Part shown: piece after piece, positions 26,101 to 41,100 of the stretch | Layout: the number at the start of each line of letters is the position of its first letter | Numbering within the stretch: the stretch's first letter is position 1 | Source of the DNA: Eledone cirrhosa | Lineage: Eukaryota | NCBI GenBank assembly: GCA_964016885.1 | Contig: OZ024740.1 | Location: forward strand, 431,706,001 to 431,770,000 | Length of the DNA: 64,000 bases | Reading direction: 5' to 3' | The notes under the pieces: model-generated | What the model was told of the DNA's origin: nothing | The model's input: only the letters and a program-made list of their open reading frames with translations | The model's database searches: none | Translations under genes and position numbers: made by a program

Positions 26101-29100
26101 TGACCATGGTCAGTTACATCTATCAATACATCCCATGTCTTGAGACACATGAGACAACCAAAGTGTTCCAATGACCATGGTCAGTTACATCTATCAATAC
26201 ATCCCATGTCTTGAGACACATGAGACAACCAAAGTGTTCCAATGACCATGGTCAGTTACATCTATCAATACATCCCATGTCTTGAGACACATGAGACAAC
26301 CAAAGTGTTCCAATGACCATGGTCAGTTACATCTATCAATACATCCCATGTCTTGAGACACATGAGGCAGCCAAAGTGTTCCAATGACCATGGTCAGTTA
26401 CATCTATCAATACATCCCATGTCTTGAGACACATGAGACAACCAAAGCGTTCCAATGACCACGGTCAGTTACATCTATCAATACATCCCATGTCTTGAGA
26501 CACATGAGGCAGCCAAAGTGTTCCAATGACCATGGTCAGTTACATCTATCAATACATCCCATGTCTTGAGACACATGAGGCAGCCAAAGTGTTCCAATGA
26601 CCACGGTCAGTTACATCTATCAATACATCCCATGTCTTGAGACACAAGAGGCAGCCAAAGTGTTCCAATCACCATGGTCAGTTCGATCTATCAATACATC
26701 CCATGTCTTGAGACACATGACGCAGCCAAAGTGTTCCAATGACCACGGTCAGTTACATCTATCAATACATCCCATGTCTTGTGACACATGAGACAACCAA
26801 AGTGTTCCAATGACCATGGTCAGTTACATCTATCAATACATCCCATGCCTTGAGACACACGAGGCAGCCAAACTGTTCCAATGACCACGGTCAGTTACAT
26901 CTATCAATAAGTCCCATGTCTTGAGACACATGAGACAACCAAAGTGTTCCAATGACCACGGTCAGTTGTATCTATCAATACATCCCATGTCTTGAGACGC
27001 ATGATGCAGCCAAAGTGTTCCAATGACCATGGTCAGTTACATCTATCAATACATCCCATGTCTTGAGACGCATGATGCAGCCAAAGTGTTCCAATGACCA
27101 TGGTCAGTTACATCTATCAATACATCCCATGCCTTGAGACACACGAGGCAGCCAAACTGTTCCAATGACCACGGTCAGTTACATCTATCAATAAGTCCCA
27201 TGTCTTGAGACACATGAGACAACCAAAGTGTTCCAATGACCACGGTCAGTTGTATCTATCAATACATCCCATGTCTTGAGACGCATGATGCAGCCAAAGT
27301 GTTCCAATGACCATGGTCAGTTACATCTATCAATACATCCCATGTCTTGAGACATGAGGCAGCGTAAGTGCTCCAATGACCACGGTCAGTTACATCTATC
27401 AATACATCCCATGTCTTGAGACGCATGATGCAGCCAAAGTGTTCCAATGACCATGGTCAGTTACATTTATCAATACATCCCATGTCTCGAGACATGAGGC
27501 AGCCAAAGTGTTCCAATGACCATGGTCAGTTACATCTATCAATACATCCCATGTCTTGAGACACATGAGACAACCAAAGTGTTCCAATGACCACGGTCAG
27601 TTACATCTATCAATACATCCCATGTCTTGAGACACATGAGACAACCAAAGTGTTCCAATGACCATGGTCAGTTACATCTATCAATACATCCCATGTCTTG
27701 AGACACATGAGGCAGCCAAAGTGTTCCAATGACCATGGTCAGTTACATCTATCAATACATCCCATGTCTTGAGACACATGAGACAACCAAAGTGTTCCAA
27801 TGACCACGGTCAGTTACATCTATCAATACATCCCATGTCTTGAGACACATGAGACAACCAAAGTGTTCCAATGACCACGGTCAGTTACATCTATCAATAC
27901 ATGCCATGTCTTGAGACACATGAGACAACCAAAGTGTTCCAATGACCACGGTCAGTTACATCTATCAATACATCCCATGTCTTGAGACACATGATGCAGC
28001 CAAAGTGTTCCAATGGCCATGGTCAGTTACATCTATCAATACATCCCATGTCTTGAGACACATGAGACAACCAAAGTGTTCCAATGGCCATGGTCAGTTA
28101 CATCTATCAATACATCCCATGTCTTGAGACACATGATGCAGCCAAAGTGTTCCAATGGCCATGGTCAGTTACATCTATCAATACATCCCATGTCTTGAGA
28201 CACATGAGACAACCAAAGTGTTCCAATGACCATGGTCAGTTACATCTATCAATACATCCCATGTCTTGAGACACATGAGACAACCAAAGTGTTCCAATGA
28301 CCATGGTCAGTTACATCTATCAATACATCCCATGTCTTGAGACACATGAGGCAGCCAAAGTGTTCCAATGACCATGGTCAGTTACATCTATCAATACATC
28401 CCATGTCTTGAGACACATGAGACAACCAAAGTGTTCCAATGACCACGGTCAGTTACATCTATCAATACATCCCATGTCTTGAGACACATGAGGCAGCCAA
28501 AGTGTTCCAATGACCATGGTCAGTTACATCTATCAATACATCCCATGTCTTGAGACACATGAGACAACCAAAGTGTTCCAATGACCACGGTCATTTACAT
28601 CTATCAATACATCCCATGTCTTGAGACACATGAGGCAGCCAAAGTGTTCCAATGACCATGGTCAGTTACATCTATCAATACATCCCATGTCTTGAGACAC
28701 ATGAGACAACCAAAGTGTTCCAATGACCACGGTCAGTTACATCTATCAATACATCCCATGTCTTGAGACACATGAGACAACCAAAGTGTTCCAATGACCA
28801 TGGTAAGTTACATCTATCAATACATGCCATGTCTTGAGACACATGAGACAACCAAAGTGTTCCAATGACCATGGTCAGTTACATCTATCAATACATGCCA
28901 TGTCTTGAGACACATGAGACAACCAAAGTGTTCCAATGACCATGGTCAGTTACATCTATCAATACATGCCATGTCTTGAGACACATGAGACAACCAAAGT
29001 GTTCCAATGACCACGGTCAGTTACATCTATCAATACATCCCATGTCTTGAGACACATGATGCAGCCAAAGTGTTCCAATGACCATGGTCAGTTACATCTA

Positions 29101-32100
29101 TCAATACATCCCATGTCTTGAGACACATGAGGCAGCCAAAGTGTTCCAATGACCATGGTCAGTTGTATCTATCAATACATCCCATGTCTTGAGACACGTG
29201 AGGCAGCCAAAGTATTCCAATGACCAGTCAGTTACATCTATCAATACATCCCATGTCTTGAGACACATGAGGCAGCCAAAGTGTTCCAATGACCATGGTC
29301 AGTTACATCTATCAATACATCCCATGTCTTGAGACACATGAGGCAGCCAAAGTGCTCCAATGACCACGGTCAGTTACATCTATCAATACATCCCATGCCT
29401 TGAGACACACGAGGCAGCCAAACTGTTCCAATGACCACGGTCAGTTACATCTATCAATAAGTCCCATGTCTTGAGACACATGAGACAACCAAAGTGTTCC
29501 AATGACCACGGTCAGTTGTATCTATCAATACATCCCATGTCTTGAGACGCATGATGCAGCCAAAGTGTTCCAATGACCATGGTCAGTTACATCTATCAAT
29601 ACATGCCATGTCTTGAGACACATGAGGCAGCCAAAGTGTTCCAATGACCATGGTCAGTTACATCTATCAATACATCCCATGTCTTGAGACACATGAGACA
29701 ACCAAAGTGTTCCAATGACCACGGTCAGTTACATCTATCAATACATCCCATGTCTTGAGACACATGAGACAACCAAAGTGTTCCAATGACCACGGTCAGT
29801 TACATCTATCAATACATCCCATGTCTTGAGACACATGAGACAACCAAAGTGTTCCAATGACCATGGTAAGTTACATCTATCAATACATGCCATGTCTTGA
29901 GACACATGAGACAACCAAAGTGTTCCAATGACCATGGTCAGTTACATCTATCAATACATGCCATGTCTTGAGACACATGAGACAACCAAAGTGTTCCAAT
30001 GACCACGGTCAGTTACATCTATCAATACATCCCATGTCTTGAGACACATGAGGCAGCCAAAGTGTTCCAATGACCACGGTCAGTTACATCTATCAATACA
30101 TCCCATGTCTTGAGACACATCAGACAACCAAAGTGTTCCAATGACCATGGTCAGTTACATCTATCAATACATCCCATGTCTTGAGACACATCAGACAACC
30201 AAAGTGTTCCAATGACCATGGTCAGTTACATCTATCAATACATCCCATGTCTTGAGACACATGAGACAACCAAAGTGTTCCAATGACCACGGTCAGTTAC
30301 ATCTATCAATACATCCCATGTCTTGAGACACATGAGGCAGCCAAAGTGTTCCAATGACCACAGTCAGTTACATCTATTAATACATCCCATGTCTTGAGAC
30401 ACATGAGACAACCAAAGTGCTCCAATGACCACGGTCAGTTACATCTGTCAATACATCCCATCCCTTGAGACACATGAGGCAGCCAAAGTGTTCCAATGAC
30501 CACGGTCAGTTACATCTATCAATACATCCCATGTCTTGAGACACATGAGGCAGCCAAAGTGTTCCAATGACCACGGTCAGTTACATCTATCAATATATCC
30601 CATGTCTTGAGACACATGATGCAGCCAAAGTGTTCCACTGACCATGGTCAGTTACATCTATCAATACATCCCATGTCTTGAGACACATGAGGCAACCAAA
30701 GTGTTCCAATGATCATGGTCAGTTGTATCTATCAATACATCCCATGTCTTGAGACACATGAGGCAGCCAAAGTGTTCCAATGACCACGGTCAGTTACATC
30801 TATCAATACATCCCATGTCTTGAGACACATGGGGCAGTGAAAGTCTTCAAATAACCACGGTCAGTTACATCTATCAATACATCCCATGTCTTGAGACACA
30901 TGAGGCAGCCAAAGTGTTCCAATGACCACGGTCAGTTACATCTATCAATACATCCCATGTCTTGAGACACAAGAGGCAGCCAAAGTGTTCCAATCACCAT
31001 GGTCAGTTCGATCTATCAATACATCCCATGTCTTGAGACACATGACGCAGCCAAAGTGTTCCAATGACCATGGTCAGTTACATCTATTAATACATCCCAT
31101 GTCTTGAGACACATGAGACAACCAAAGTGTTCCAATGACCATGGTCAGTTACATCTATCAATACATGCCATGTCTTGAGACACATGAGACAACCAAAGTG
31201 TTCCAATGACCACGGTCAGTTACATCTATCAATACATCCCATGTCTTGAGACACATGATGCAGCCAAAGTGTTCCAATGACCATGGTCAGTTACATCTAT
31301 CAATACATCCCATGTCTTGAGACACATGAGGCAGCCAAAGTGTTCCAATGACCATGGTCAGTTGTATCTATCAATACATCCCATGTCTTGAGACACGTGA
31401 GGCAGCCAAAGTATTCCAATGACCAGTCAGTTACATCTATCAATACATCCCATGTCTTGAGACACATGAGGCAGCCAAAGTGTTCCAATGACCATGGTCA
31501 GTTACATCTATCAATACATCCCATGTCTTGAGACACATGAGGCAGCCAAAGTGCTCCAATGACCACGGTCAGTTACATCTATCAATACATCCCATGCCTT
31601 GAGACACACGAGGCAGCCAAACTGTTCCAATGACCACGGTCAGTTACATCTATCAATAAGTCCCATGTCTTGAGACACATGAGACAACCAAAGTGTTCCA
31701 ATGACCACGGTCAGTTGTATCTATCAATACATCCCATGTCTTGAGACGCATGATGCAGCCAAAGTGTTCCAATGACCATGGTCAGTTACATCTATCAATA
31801 CATGCCATGTCTTGAGACACATGAGGCAGCCAAAGTGTTCCAATGACCATGGTCAGTTACATCTATCAATACATCCCATGTCTTGAGACACATGAGACAA
31901 CCAAAGTGTTCCAATGACCACGGTCAGTTACATCTATCAATACATCCCATGTCTTGAGACACATGAGACAACCAAAGTGTTCCAATGACCACGGTCAGTT
32001 ACATCTATCAATACATCCCATGTCTTGAGACACATGAGACAACCAAAGTGTTCCAATGACCATGGTAAGTTACATCTATCAATACATGCCATGTCTTGAG

Positions 32101-35100
32101 ACACATGAGACAACCAAAGTGTTCCAATGACCATGGTCAGTTACATCTATCAATACATGCCATGTCTTGAGACACATGAGACAACCAAAGTGTTCCAATG
32201 ACCACGGTCAGTTACATCTATCAATACATCCCATGTCTTGAGACACATGAGGCAGCCAAAGTGTTCCAATGACCACGGTCAGTTACATCTATCAATACAT
32301 CCCATGTCTTGAGACACATCAGACAACCAAAGTGTTCCAATGACCATGGTCAGTTACATCTATCAATACATCCCATGTCTTGAGACACATCAGACAACCA
32401 AAGTGTTCCAATGACCATGGTCAGTTACATCTATCAATACATCCCATGTCTTGAGACACATGAGACAACCAAAGTGTTCCAATGACCACGGTCAGTTACA
32501 TCTATCAATACATCCCATGTCTTGAGACACATGAGGCAGCCAAAGTGTTCCAATGACCACAGTCAGTTACATCTATTAATACATCCCATGTCTTGAGACA
32601 CATGAGACAACCAAAGTGCTCCAATGACCACGGTCAGTTACATCTGTCAATACATCCCATCCCTTGAGACACATGAGGCAGCCAAAGTGTTCCAATGACC
32701 ACGGTCAGTTACATCTATCAATACATCCCATGTCTTGAGACACATGAGGCAGCCAAAGTGTTCCAATGACCACGGTCAGTTACATCTATCAATATATCCC
32801 ATGTCTTGAGACACATGATGCAGCCAAAGTGTTCCACTGACCATGGTCAGTTACATCTATCAATACATCCCATGTCTTGAGACACATGAGGCAACCAAAG
32901 TGTTCCAATGATCATGGTCAGTTGTATCTATCAATACATCCCATGTCTTGAGACACATGAGGCAGCCAAAGTGTTCCAATGACCACGGTCAGTTACATCT
33001 ATCAATACATCCCATGTCTTGAGACACATGGGGCAGTGAAAGTCTTCAAATAACCACGGTCAGTTACATCTATCAATACATCCCATGTCTTGAGACACAT
33101 GAGGCAGCCAAAGTGTTCCAATGACCACGGTCAGTTACATCTATCAATACATCCCATGTCTTGAGACACAAGAGGCAGCCAAAGTGTTCCAATCACCATG
33201 GTCAGTTCGATCTATCAATACATCCCATGTCTTGAGACACATGACGCAGCCAAAGTGTTCCAATGACCATGGTCAGTTACATCTATTAATACATCCCATG
33301 TCTTGAGACACATGAGACAACCAAAGTGTTCCAATGACCATGGTCAGTTACATCTATCAATACATGCCATTTCTTGAGACACATGAGACAACCAAAGTGT
33401 TCCAATGACCATGGTCAGTTACATCTATCAATACATCCCATGTCTTGAGACACATAAGACAACCAAAGGGCTCCAATGACCATGGTCAGTTACATCTGTC
33501 AATACATCCCATCCCTTGAGATACATGAGGCAGCCAAAGTGTTCCAATGACCATGGTCAGTTACATCTATCAATACATCCCATGTCTTGAGACACATGAG
33601 GCAGCCAAAGTGTTCCAATGACCACGGTCAGTTACATCTATCAATACATCCCATGTCTTGAGACACATGAGGCAGCCAAAGTGTTCCAATGACCATGGTC
33701 AGTTACATCTATCAATACATCCCATGTCTTGAGACACATGAGGCAGCCAAAGTGTTCCAATGGCCATGGTCAGTTACATCTATCAATACATCCCATGTCT
33801 TGAGACACATGATGCAGCCAAGGTGTTCCAATGACCATGGTCAGTTACATCTATCAATACATCCCATGTCTTGAGACACATGAGACAGCCAAACTGTTCC
33901 AATGACCACGGTCAGTTACATCTATCAATACATCCCATGTCTTGAGACACATGAGACAACCAAAGTGTTCCAATGACCATGGTCAGTTACATCTATCAAT
34001 ACATCCCATGTCTTGAGACACATGAGACAACCAAAGTGTTCCAATGACCACGGTCAGTTACATCTATCAATACATCCCATGTCTTGAGACACGTGAGGCA
34101 GCCAAAGTATTCCAATGACCACGGTCAGTTACATCTATCAATACATCCCATGTCTTGAGACACGTGAGGCAGCCAAAGTATTCCAATGACCACGGTCAGT
34201 TACATCTATCAATACATCCCATGTCTTGAGACACGTGAGGCAGCCAAAGTATTCCAATGACCACGGTCAGTTACATCTATCAATACATCCCATGTCTTGA
34301 GACACATGAGGCAGCCAAAGTGTTCCAATGACCACGGTCAGTTACATCTATCAATACATCCCATGTCTTGGGACACATGAGACAACCAAAGTGTTCCAAT
34401 GACCACGGTCAGTTACATCTATCAATACATCCCATGTCTTGAGACACGTGAGGCAGCCAAAGTGTTCCAATGACCATGGTCAGTTACATCTATCAATACA
34501 TCCCATGTCTTGAGACACGTGAGGCAGCCAAAGTATTCCAATGACCACGGTCAGTTACATCTATCAATACATCCCATGTCTTGAGACACATGAGACAACC
34601 AAAGTGTTCCAATGACCACGGTCAGTTGTATCTATCAATACATCCCATGTCTTGAGACACATGAGGCAGCCAAAGTGTTCCAATGACCATGGTCAGTTAC
34701 ATCTATCAATACATCCCATGTCTTGAGACACGTGAGGCAGCCAAAGTATTCCAATGACCACGGTCAGTTACATCTATCAATACATCCCATGTCTTGAGAC
34801 ACGTGAGGCAGCCAAAGTATTCCAATGACCACGGTCAGTTACATCTATCAATACATCCCATGTCTTGAGACACGTGAGGCAGCCAAAGTATTCCAATGAC
34901 CACGGTCAGTTACATCTATCAATACATCCCATGTCTTGAGACACGTGAGGCAGCCAAAGTATTCCAATGACCACGGTCAGTTACATCTATCAATACATCC
35001 CATGTCTTGAGACACATGAGACAGCCAAAGTGTTCCAATGACCATGGTCAGTTACATCTGTCAATACATCCCATCCCTTGAGATACATGAGGCAGCCAAA

Positions 35101-38100
35101 GTGTTCCAATGACCATGGTCAGTTACATCTATCAATACATCCCATGTCTTGAGACACATGAGGCAGCCAAAGTGTTCCAATGACCACGGTCAGTTACATC
35201 TATCAATACATCCCATGTCTTGAGACACATGAGGCAGCCAAAGTGTTCCAATGACCATGGTCAGTTACATCTATCAATACATCCCATGTCTTGAGACACA
35301 TGAGGCAGCCAAAGTGTTCCAATGGCCATGGTCAGTTACATCTATCAATACATCCCATGTCTTGAGACACATGATGCAGCCAAGGTGTTCCAATGACCAT
35401 GGTCAGTTACATCTATCAATACATCCCATGTCTTGAGACACATGAGACAGCCAAACTGTTCCAATGACCACGGTCAGTTACATCTATCAATACATCCCAT
35501 GTCTTGAGACACATGAGACAACCAAAGTGTTCCAATGACCATGGTCAGTTACATCTATCAATACATCCCATGTCTTGAGACACATGAGACAACCAAAGTG
35601 TTCCAATGACCACGGTCAGTTACATCTATCAATACATCCCATGTCTTGAGACACATGATGCAGCCAAAGTGTTCCAATGGCCATGGTCAGTTACATCTAT
35701 CAATACATCCCATGTCTTGAGACACATGAGACAACCAAAGTGTTCCAATGGCCATGGTCAGTTACATCTATCAATACATCCCATGTCTTGAGACACATGA
35801 TGCAGCCAAAGTGTTCCAATGGCCATGGTCAGTTACATCTATCAATACATCCCATGTCTTGAGACACATGAGACAACCAAAGTGTTCCAATGACCATGGT
35901 CAGTTACATCTATCAATACATCCCATGTCTTGAGACACATGAGACAACCAAAGTGTTCCAATGACCATGGTCAGTTACATCTATCAATACATCCCATGTC
36001 TTGAGACACATGAGGCAGCCAAAGTGTTCCAATGACCATGGTCAGTTACATCTATCAATACATCCCATGTCTTGAGACACATGAGACAACCAAAGTGTTC
36101 CAATGACCACGGTCAGTTACATCTATCAATACATCCCATGTCTTGAGACACATGAGGCAGCCAAAGAGTTCCAATGACCATGGTCAGTTACATCTATCAA
36201 TACATCCCATGTCTTGAGACACATGAGGCAGCCAAAGTGTTCCAATGACCACGGTCAGTTACATCTATCAATACATCCCATGTCTTGAGACACAAGAGGC
36301 AGCCAAAGTGTTCCAATCACCATGGTCAGTTCGATCTATCAATACATCCCATGTCTTGAGACACATGACGCAGCCAAAGTGTTCCAATGACCACGGTCAG
36401 TTACATCTATCAATACATCCCATGTCTTGAGACACATGAGACAACCAAAGTGTTCCAATGACCATGGTCAGTTACATCTATCAATACATCCCATGCCTTG
36501 AGACACACGAGGCAGCCAAACTGTTCCAATGACCACGGTCAGTTACATCTATCAATAAGTCCCATGTCTTGAGACACATGAGACAACCAAAGTGTTCCAA
36601 TGACCACGGTCAGTTGTATCTATCAATACATCCCATGTCTTGAGACGCATGATGCAGCCAAAGTGTTCCAATGACCATGGTCAGTTACATCTATCAATAC
36701 ATCCCATGTCTTGAGACGCATGATGCAGCCAAAGTGTTCCAATGACCATGGTCAGTTACATCTATCAATACATCCCATGCCTTGAGACACACGAGGCAGC
36801 CAAACTGTTCCAATGACCACGGTCAGTTACATCTATCAATAAGTCCCATGTCTTGAGACACATGAGACAACCAAAGTGTTCCAATGACCACGGTCAGTTG
36901 TATCTATCAATACATCCCATGTCTTGAGACGCATGATGCAGCCAAAGTGTTCCAATGACCATGGTCAGTTACATCTATCAATACATCCCATGTCTTGAGA
37001 CATGAGGCAGCGTAAGTGCTCCAATGACCACGGTCAGTTACATCTATCAATACATCCCATGTCTCGAGACATGAGGCAGCCAAAGTGTTCCAATGACCAT
37101 GGTCAGTTACATCTATCAATACATCCCATGTCTTGAGACACATGAGACAACCAAAGTGTTCCAATGACCACGGTCAGTTACATCTATCAATACATCCCAT
37201 GTCTTGAGACACATGAGACAACCAAAGTGTTCCAATGACCATGGTCAGTTACATCTATCAATACATCCCATGTCTTGAGACACATGAGGCAGCCAAAGTG
37301 TTCCAATGACCATGGTCAGTTACATCTATCAATACATCCCATGTCTTGAGACACATGAGACAACCAAAGTGTTCCAATGACCACGGTCAGTTACATCTAT
37401 CAATACATCCCATGTCTTGAGACACGTGAGGCAGCCAAAGTATTCCAATGACCACGGTCAGTTACATCTATCAATACATCCCATGTCTTGAGACACGTGA
37501 GGCAGCCAAAGTATTCCAATGACCACGGTCAGTTACATCTATCAATACATCCCATGTCTTGAGACACGTGAGGCAGCCAAAGTATTCCAATGACCACGGT
37601 CAGTTACATCTATCAATACATCCCATGTCTTGGGACACATGAGACAACCAAAGTGTTCCAATGACCACGGTCAGTTACATCTATCAATACATCCCATGTC
37701 TTGAGACACATGATGCAGCCAAAGTGTTCCAATGGCCATGGTCAGTTACATCTATCAATACATCCCATGTCTTGAGACACATGAGACAACCAAAGTGTTC
37801 CAATGACCATGGTCAGTTACATCTATCAATACATCCCATGTCTTGAGACACATGAGACAACCAAAGTGTTCCAATGACCATGGTCAGTTACATCTATCAA
37901 TACATCCCATGTCTTGAGACACATGAGACAACCAAAGTGTTCCAATGACCACGGTCAGTTACATCTATCAATACATCCCATGTCTTGAGACACGTGAGGC
38001 AGCCAAAGTATTCCAATGACCACGGTCAGTTACATCTATCAATACATCCCATGTCTTGAGACACGTGAGGCAGCCAAAGTATTCCAATGACCACGGTCAG

Positions 38101-41100
38101 TTACATCTATCAATACATCCCATGTCTTGAGACACGTGAGGCAGCCAAAGTATTCCAATGACCACGGTCAGTTACATCTATCAATACATCCCATGTCTTG
38201 GGACACATGAGACAACCAAAGTGTTCCAATGACCACGGTCAGTTACATCTATCAATACATCCCATGTCTTGAGACACGTGAGGCAGCCAAAGTGTTCCAA
38301 TGACCATGGTCAGTTACATCTATCAATACATCCCATGTCTTGAGACACGTGAGGCAGCCAAAGTTATCCAATGACCACGGTCAGTTACATCTATCAATAC
38401 ATCCCATGTCTTGAGACACATGAGACAACCAAAGTGTTCCAATGACCACGGTCAGTTGTATCTATCAATACATCCCATGTCTTGAGACACATGAGGCAGC
38501 CAAAGTGTTCCAATGACCATGGTCAGTTACATCTATCAATACATCCCATGTCTTGAGACACGTGAGGCAGCCAAAGTATTCCAATGACCACGGTCAGTTA
38601 CATCTATCAATACATCCCATGTCTTGAGACACGTGAGGCAGCCAAAGTATTCCAATGACCACGGTCAGTTACATCTATCAATACATCCCATGTCTTGAGA
38701 CACGTGAGGCAGCCAAAGTATTCCAATGACCACGGTCAGTTACATCTATCAATACATCCCATGTCTTGAGACACGTGAGGCAGCCAAAGTATTCCAATGA
38801 CCACGGTCAGTTACATCTATCAATACATCCCATGTCTTGAGACACATGAGACAGCCAAAGTGTTCCAATGACCATGGTCAGTTACATCTGTCAATACATC
38901 CCATCCCTTGAGATACATGAGGCAGCCAAAGTGTTCCAATGACCATGGTCAGTTCCATCTATCAATACATCCCATGTCTTGAGACACATGAGGCAGCCAA
39001 AGTGTTCCAATGACCACGGTCAGTTACATCTATCAATACATCCCATGTCTTGAGACACATGAGGCAGCCAAAGTGTTCCAATGACCATGGTCAGTTACAT
39101 CTATCAATACATCCCATGTCTTGAGACACATGAGGCAGCCAAAGTGTTCCAATGGCCATGGTCAGTTACATCTATCAATACATCCCATGTCTTGAGACAC
39201 ATGATGCAGCCAAGGTGTTCCAATGACCATGGTCAGTTACATCTATCAATACATCCCATGTCTTGAGACACATGAGACAGCCAAACTGTTCCAATGACCA
39301 CGGTCAGTTACATCTATCAATACATCCCATGTCTTGAGACACATGATGCAGCCAAAGTGTTCCAATGGCCATGGTCAGTTACATCTATCAATACATCCCA
39401 TGTCTTGAGACACATGAGACAACCAAAGTGTTCCAATGACCACGGTCAGTTACATCTATCAATACATCCCATGTCTTGAGACACATGATGCAGCCAAAGT
39501 GTTCCAATGGCCATGGTCAGTTACATCTATCAATACATCCCATGTCTCGAGACACATGAGACAACCAAAGTGTTCCAATGACCATGGTCAGTTACATCTA
39601 TCAATACATCCCATGTCTTGAGACACATGAGACAACCAAAGTGTTCCAATGACCATGGTCAGTTACATCTATCAATACATCCCATGTCTTGAGACACATG
39701 AGACAACCAAAGTGTTCCAATGACCATGGTCAGTTACATCTATCAATACATCCCATGTCTTGAGACACATGAGGCAGCCAAAGTGTTCCAATGACCATGG
39801 TCAGTTACATCTATCAATACATCCCATGTCTTGAGACACATGAGACAACCAAAGTGTTCCAATGACCACGGTCAGTTACATCTATCAATACATCCCATGT
39901 CTTGAGACACATGAGGCAGCCAAAGTGTTCCAATGACCATGGTCAGTTACATCTATCAATACATCCCATGTCTTGAGACACATGAGGCAGCCAAAGTGTT
40001 CCAATGACCACGGTCAGTTACATCTATCAATACATCCCATGTCTTGAGACACAAGAGGCAGCCAAAGTGTTCCAATCACCATGGTCAGTTCGATCTATCA
40101 ATACATCCCATGTCTTGAGACACATGACGCAGCCAAAGTGTTCCAATGACCACGGTCAGTTACATCTATCAATACATCCCATGTCTTGTGACACATGAGA
40201 CAACCAAAGTGTTCCAATGACCATGGTCAGTTACATCTATCAATACATCCCATGCCTTGAGACACACGAGGCAGCCAAACTGTTCCAATGACCACGGTCA
40301 GTTACATCTATCAATAAGTCCCATGTCTAGAGACACATGAGACAACCAAAGTGTTCCAATGACCACGGTCAGTTGTATCTATCAATACATCCCATGTCTT
40401 GAGACGCATGATGCAGCCAAAGTGTTCCAATGACCATGGTCAGTTACATCTATCAATACATCCCATGTCTTGAGACATGAGGCAGCGTAAGTGCTCCAAT
40501 GACCACGGTCAGTTACATCTATCAATACATCCCATGTCTCGAGACATGAGGCAGCCAAAGTGTTCCAATGACCATGGTCAGTTACATCTATCAATACATC
40601 CCATGTCTTGAGACACATGAGACAACCAAAGTGTTCCAATGACCACGGTCAGTTACATCTATCAATACATCCCATGTCTTGAGACACATGAGACAACCAA
40701 AGTGTTCCAATGACCATGGTCAGTTACATCTATCAATACATCCCATGTCTTGAGACACATGAGGCAGCCAAAGTGTTCCAATGACCATGGTCAGTTATAT
40801 CTATCAATACATCCCATGTCTTGAGACACATGAGACAACCAAAGTGTTCCAATGACCACGGTCAGTTACATCTATCAATACATCCCATGTCTTGAGACAC
40901 ATGAGACAACCAAAGTGTTCCAATGACCACGGTCAGTTACATCTATCAATACATGCCATGTCTTGAGACACATGAGACAACCAAAGTGTTCCAATGACCA
41001 CGGTCAGTTACATCTATCAATACATCCCATGTCTTGAGACACATGATGCAGCCAAAGTGTTCCAATGGCCATGGTCAGTTACATCTATCAATACATCCCA

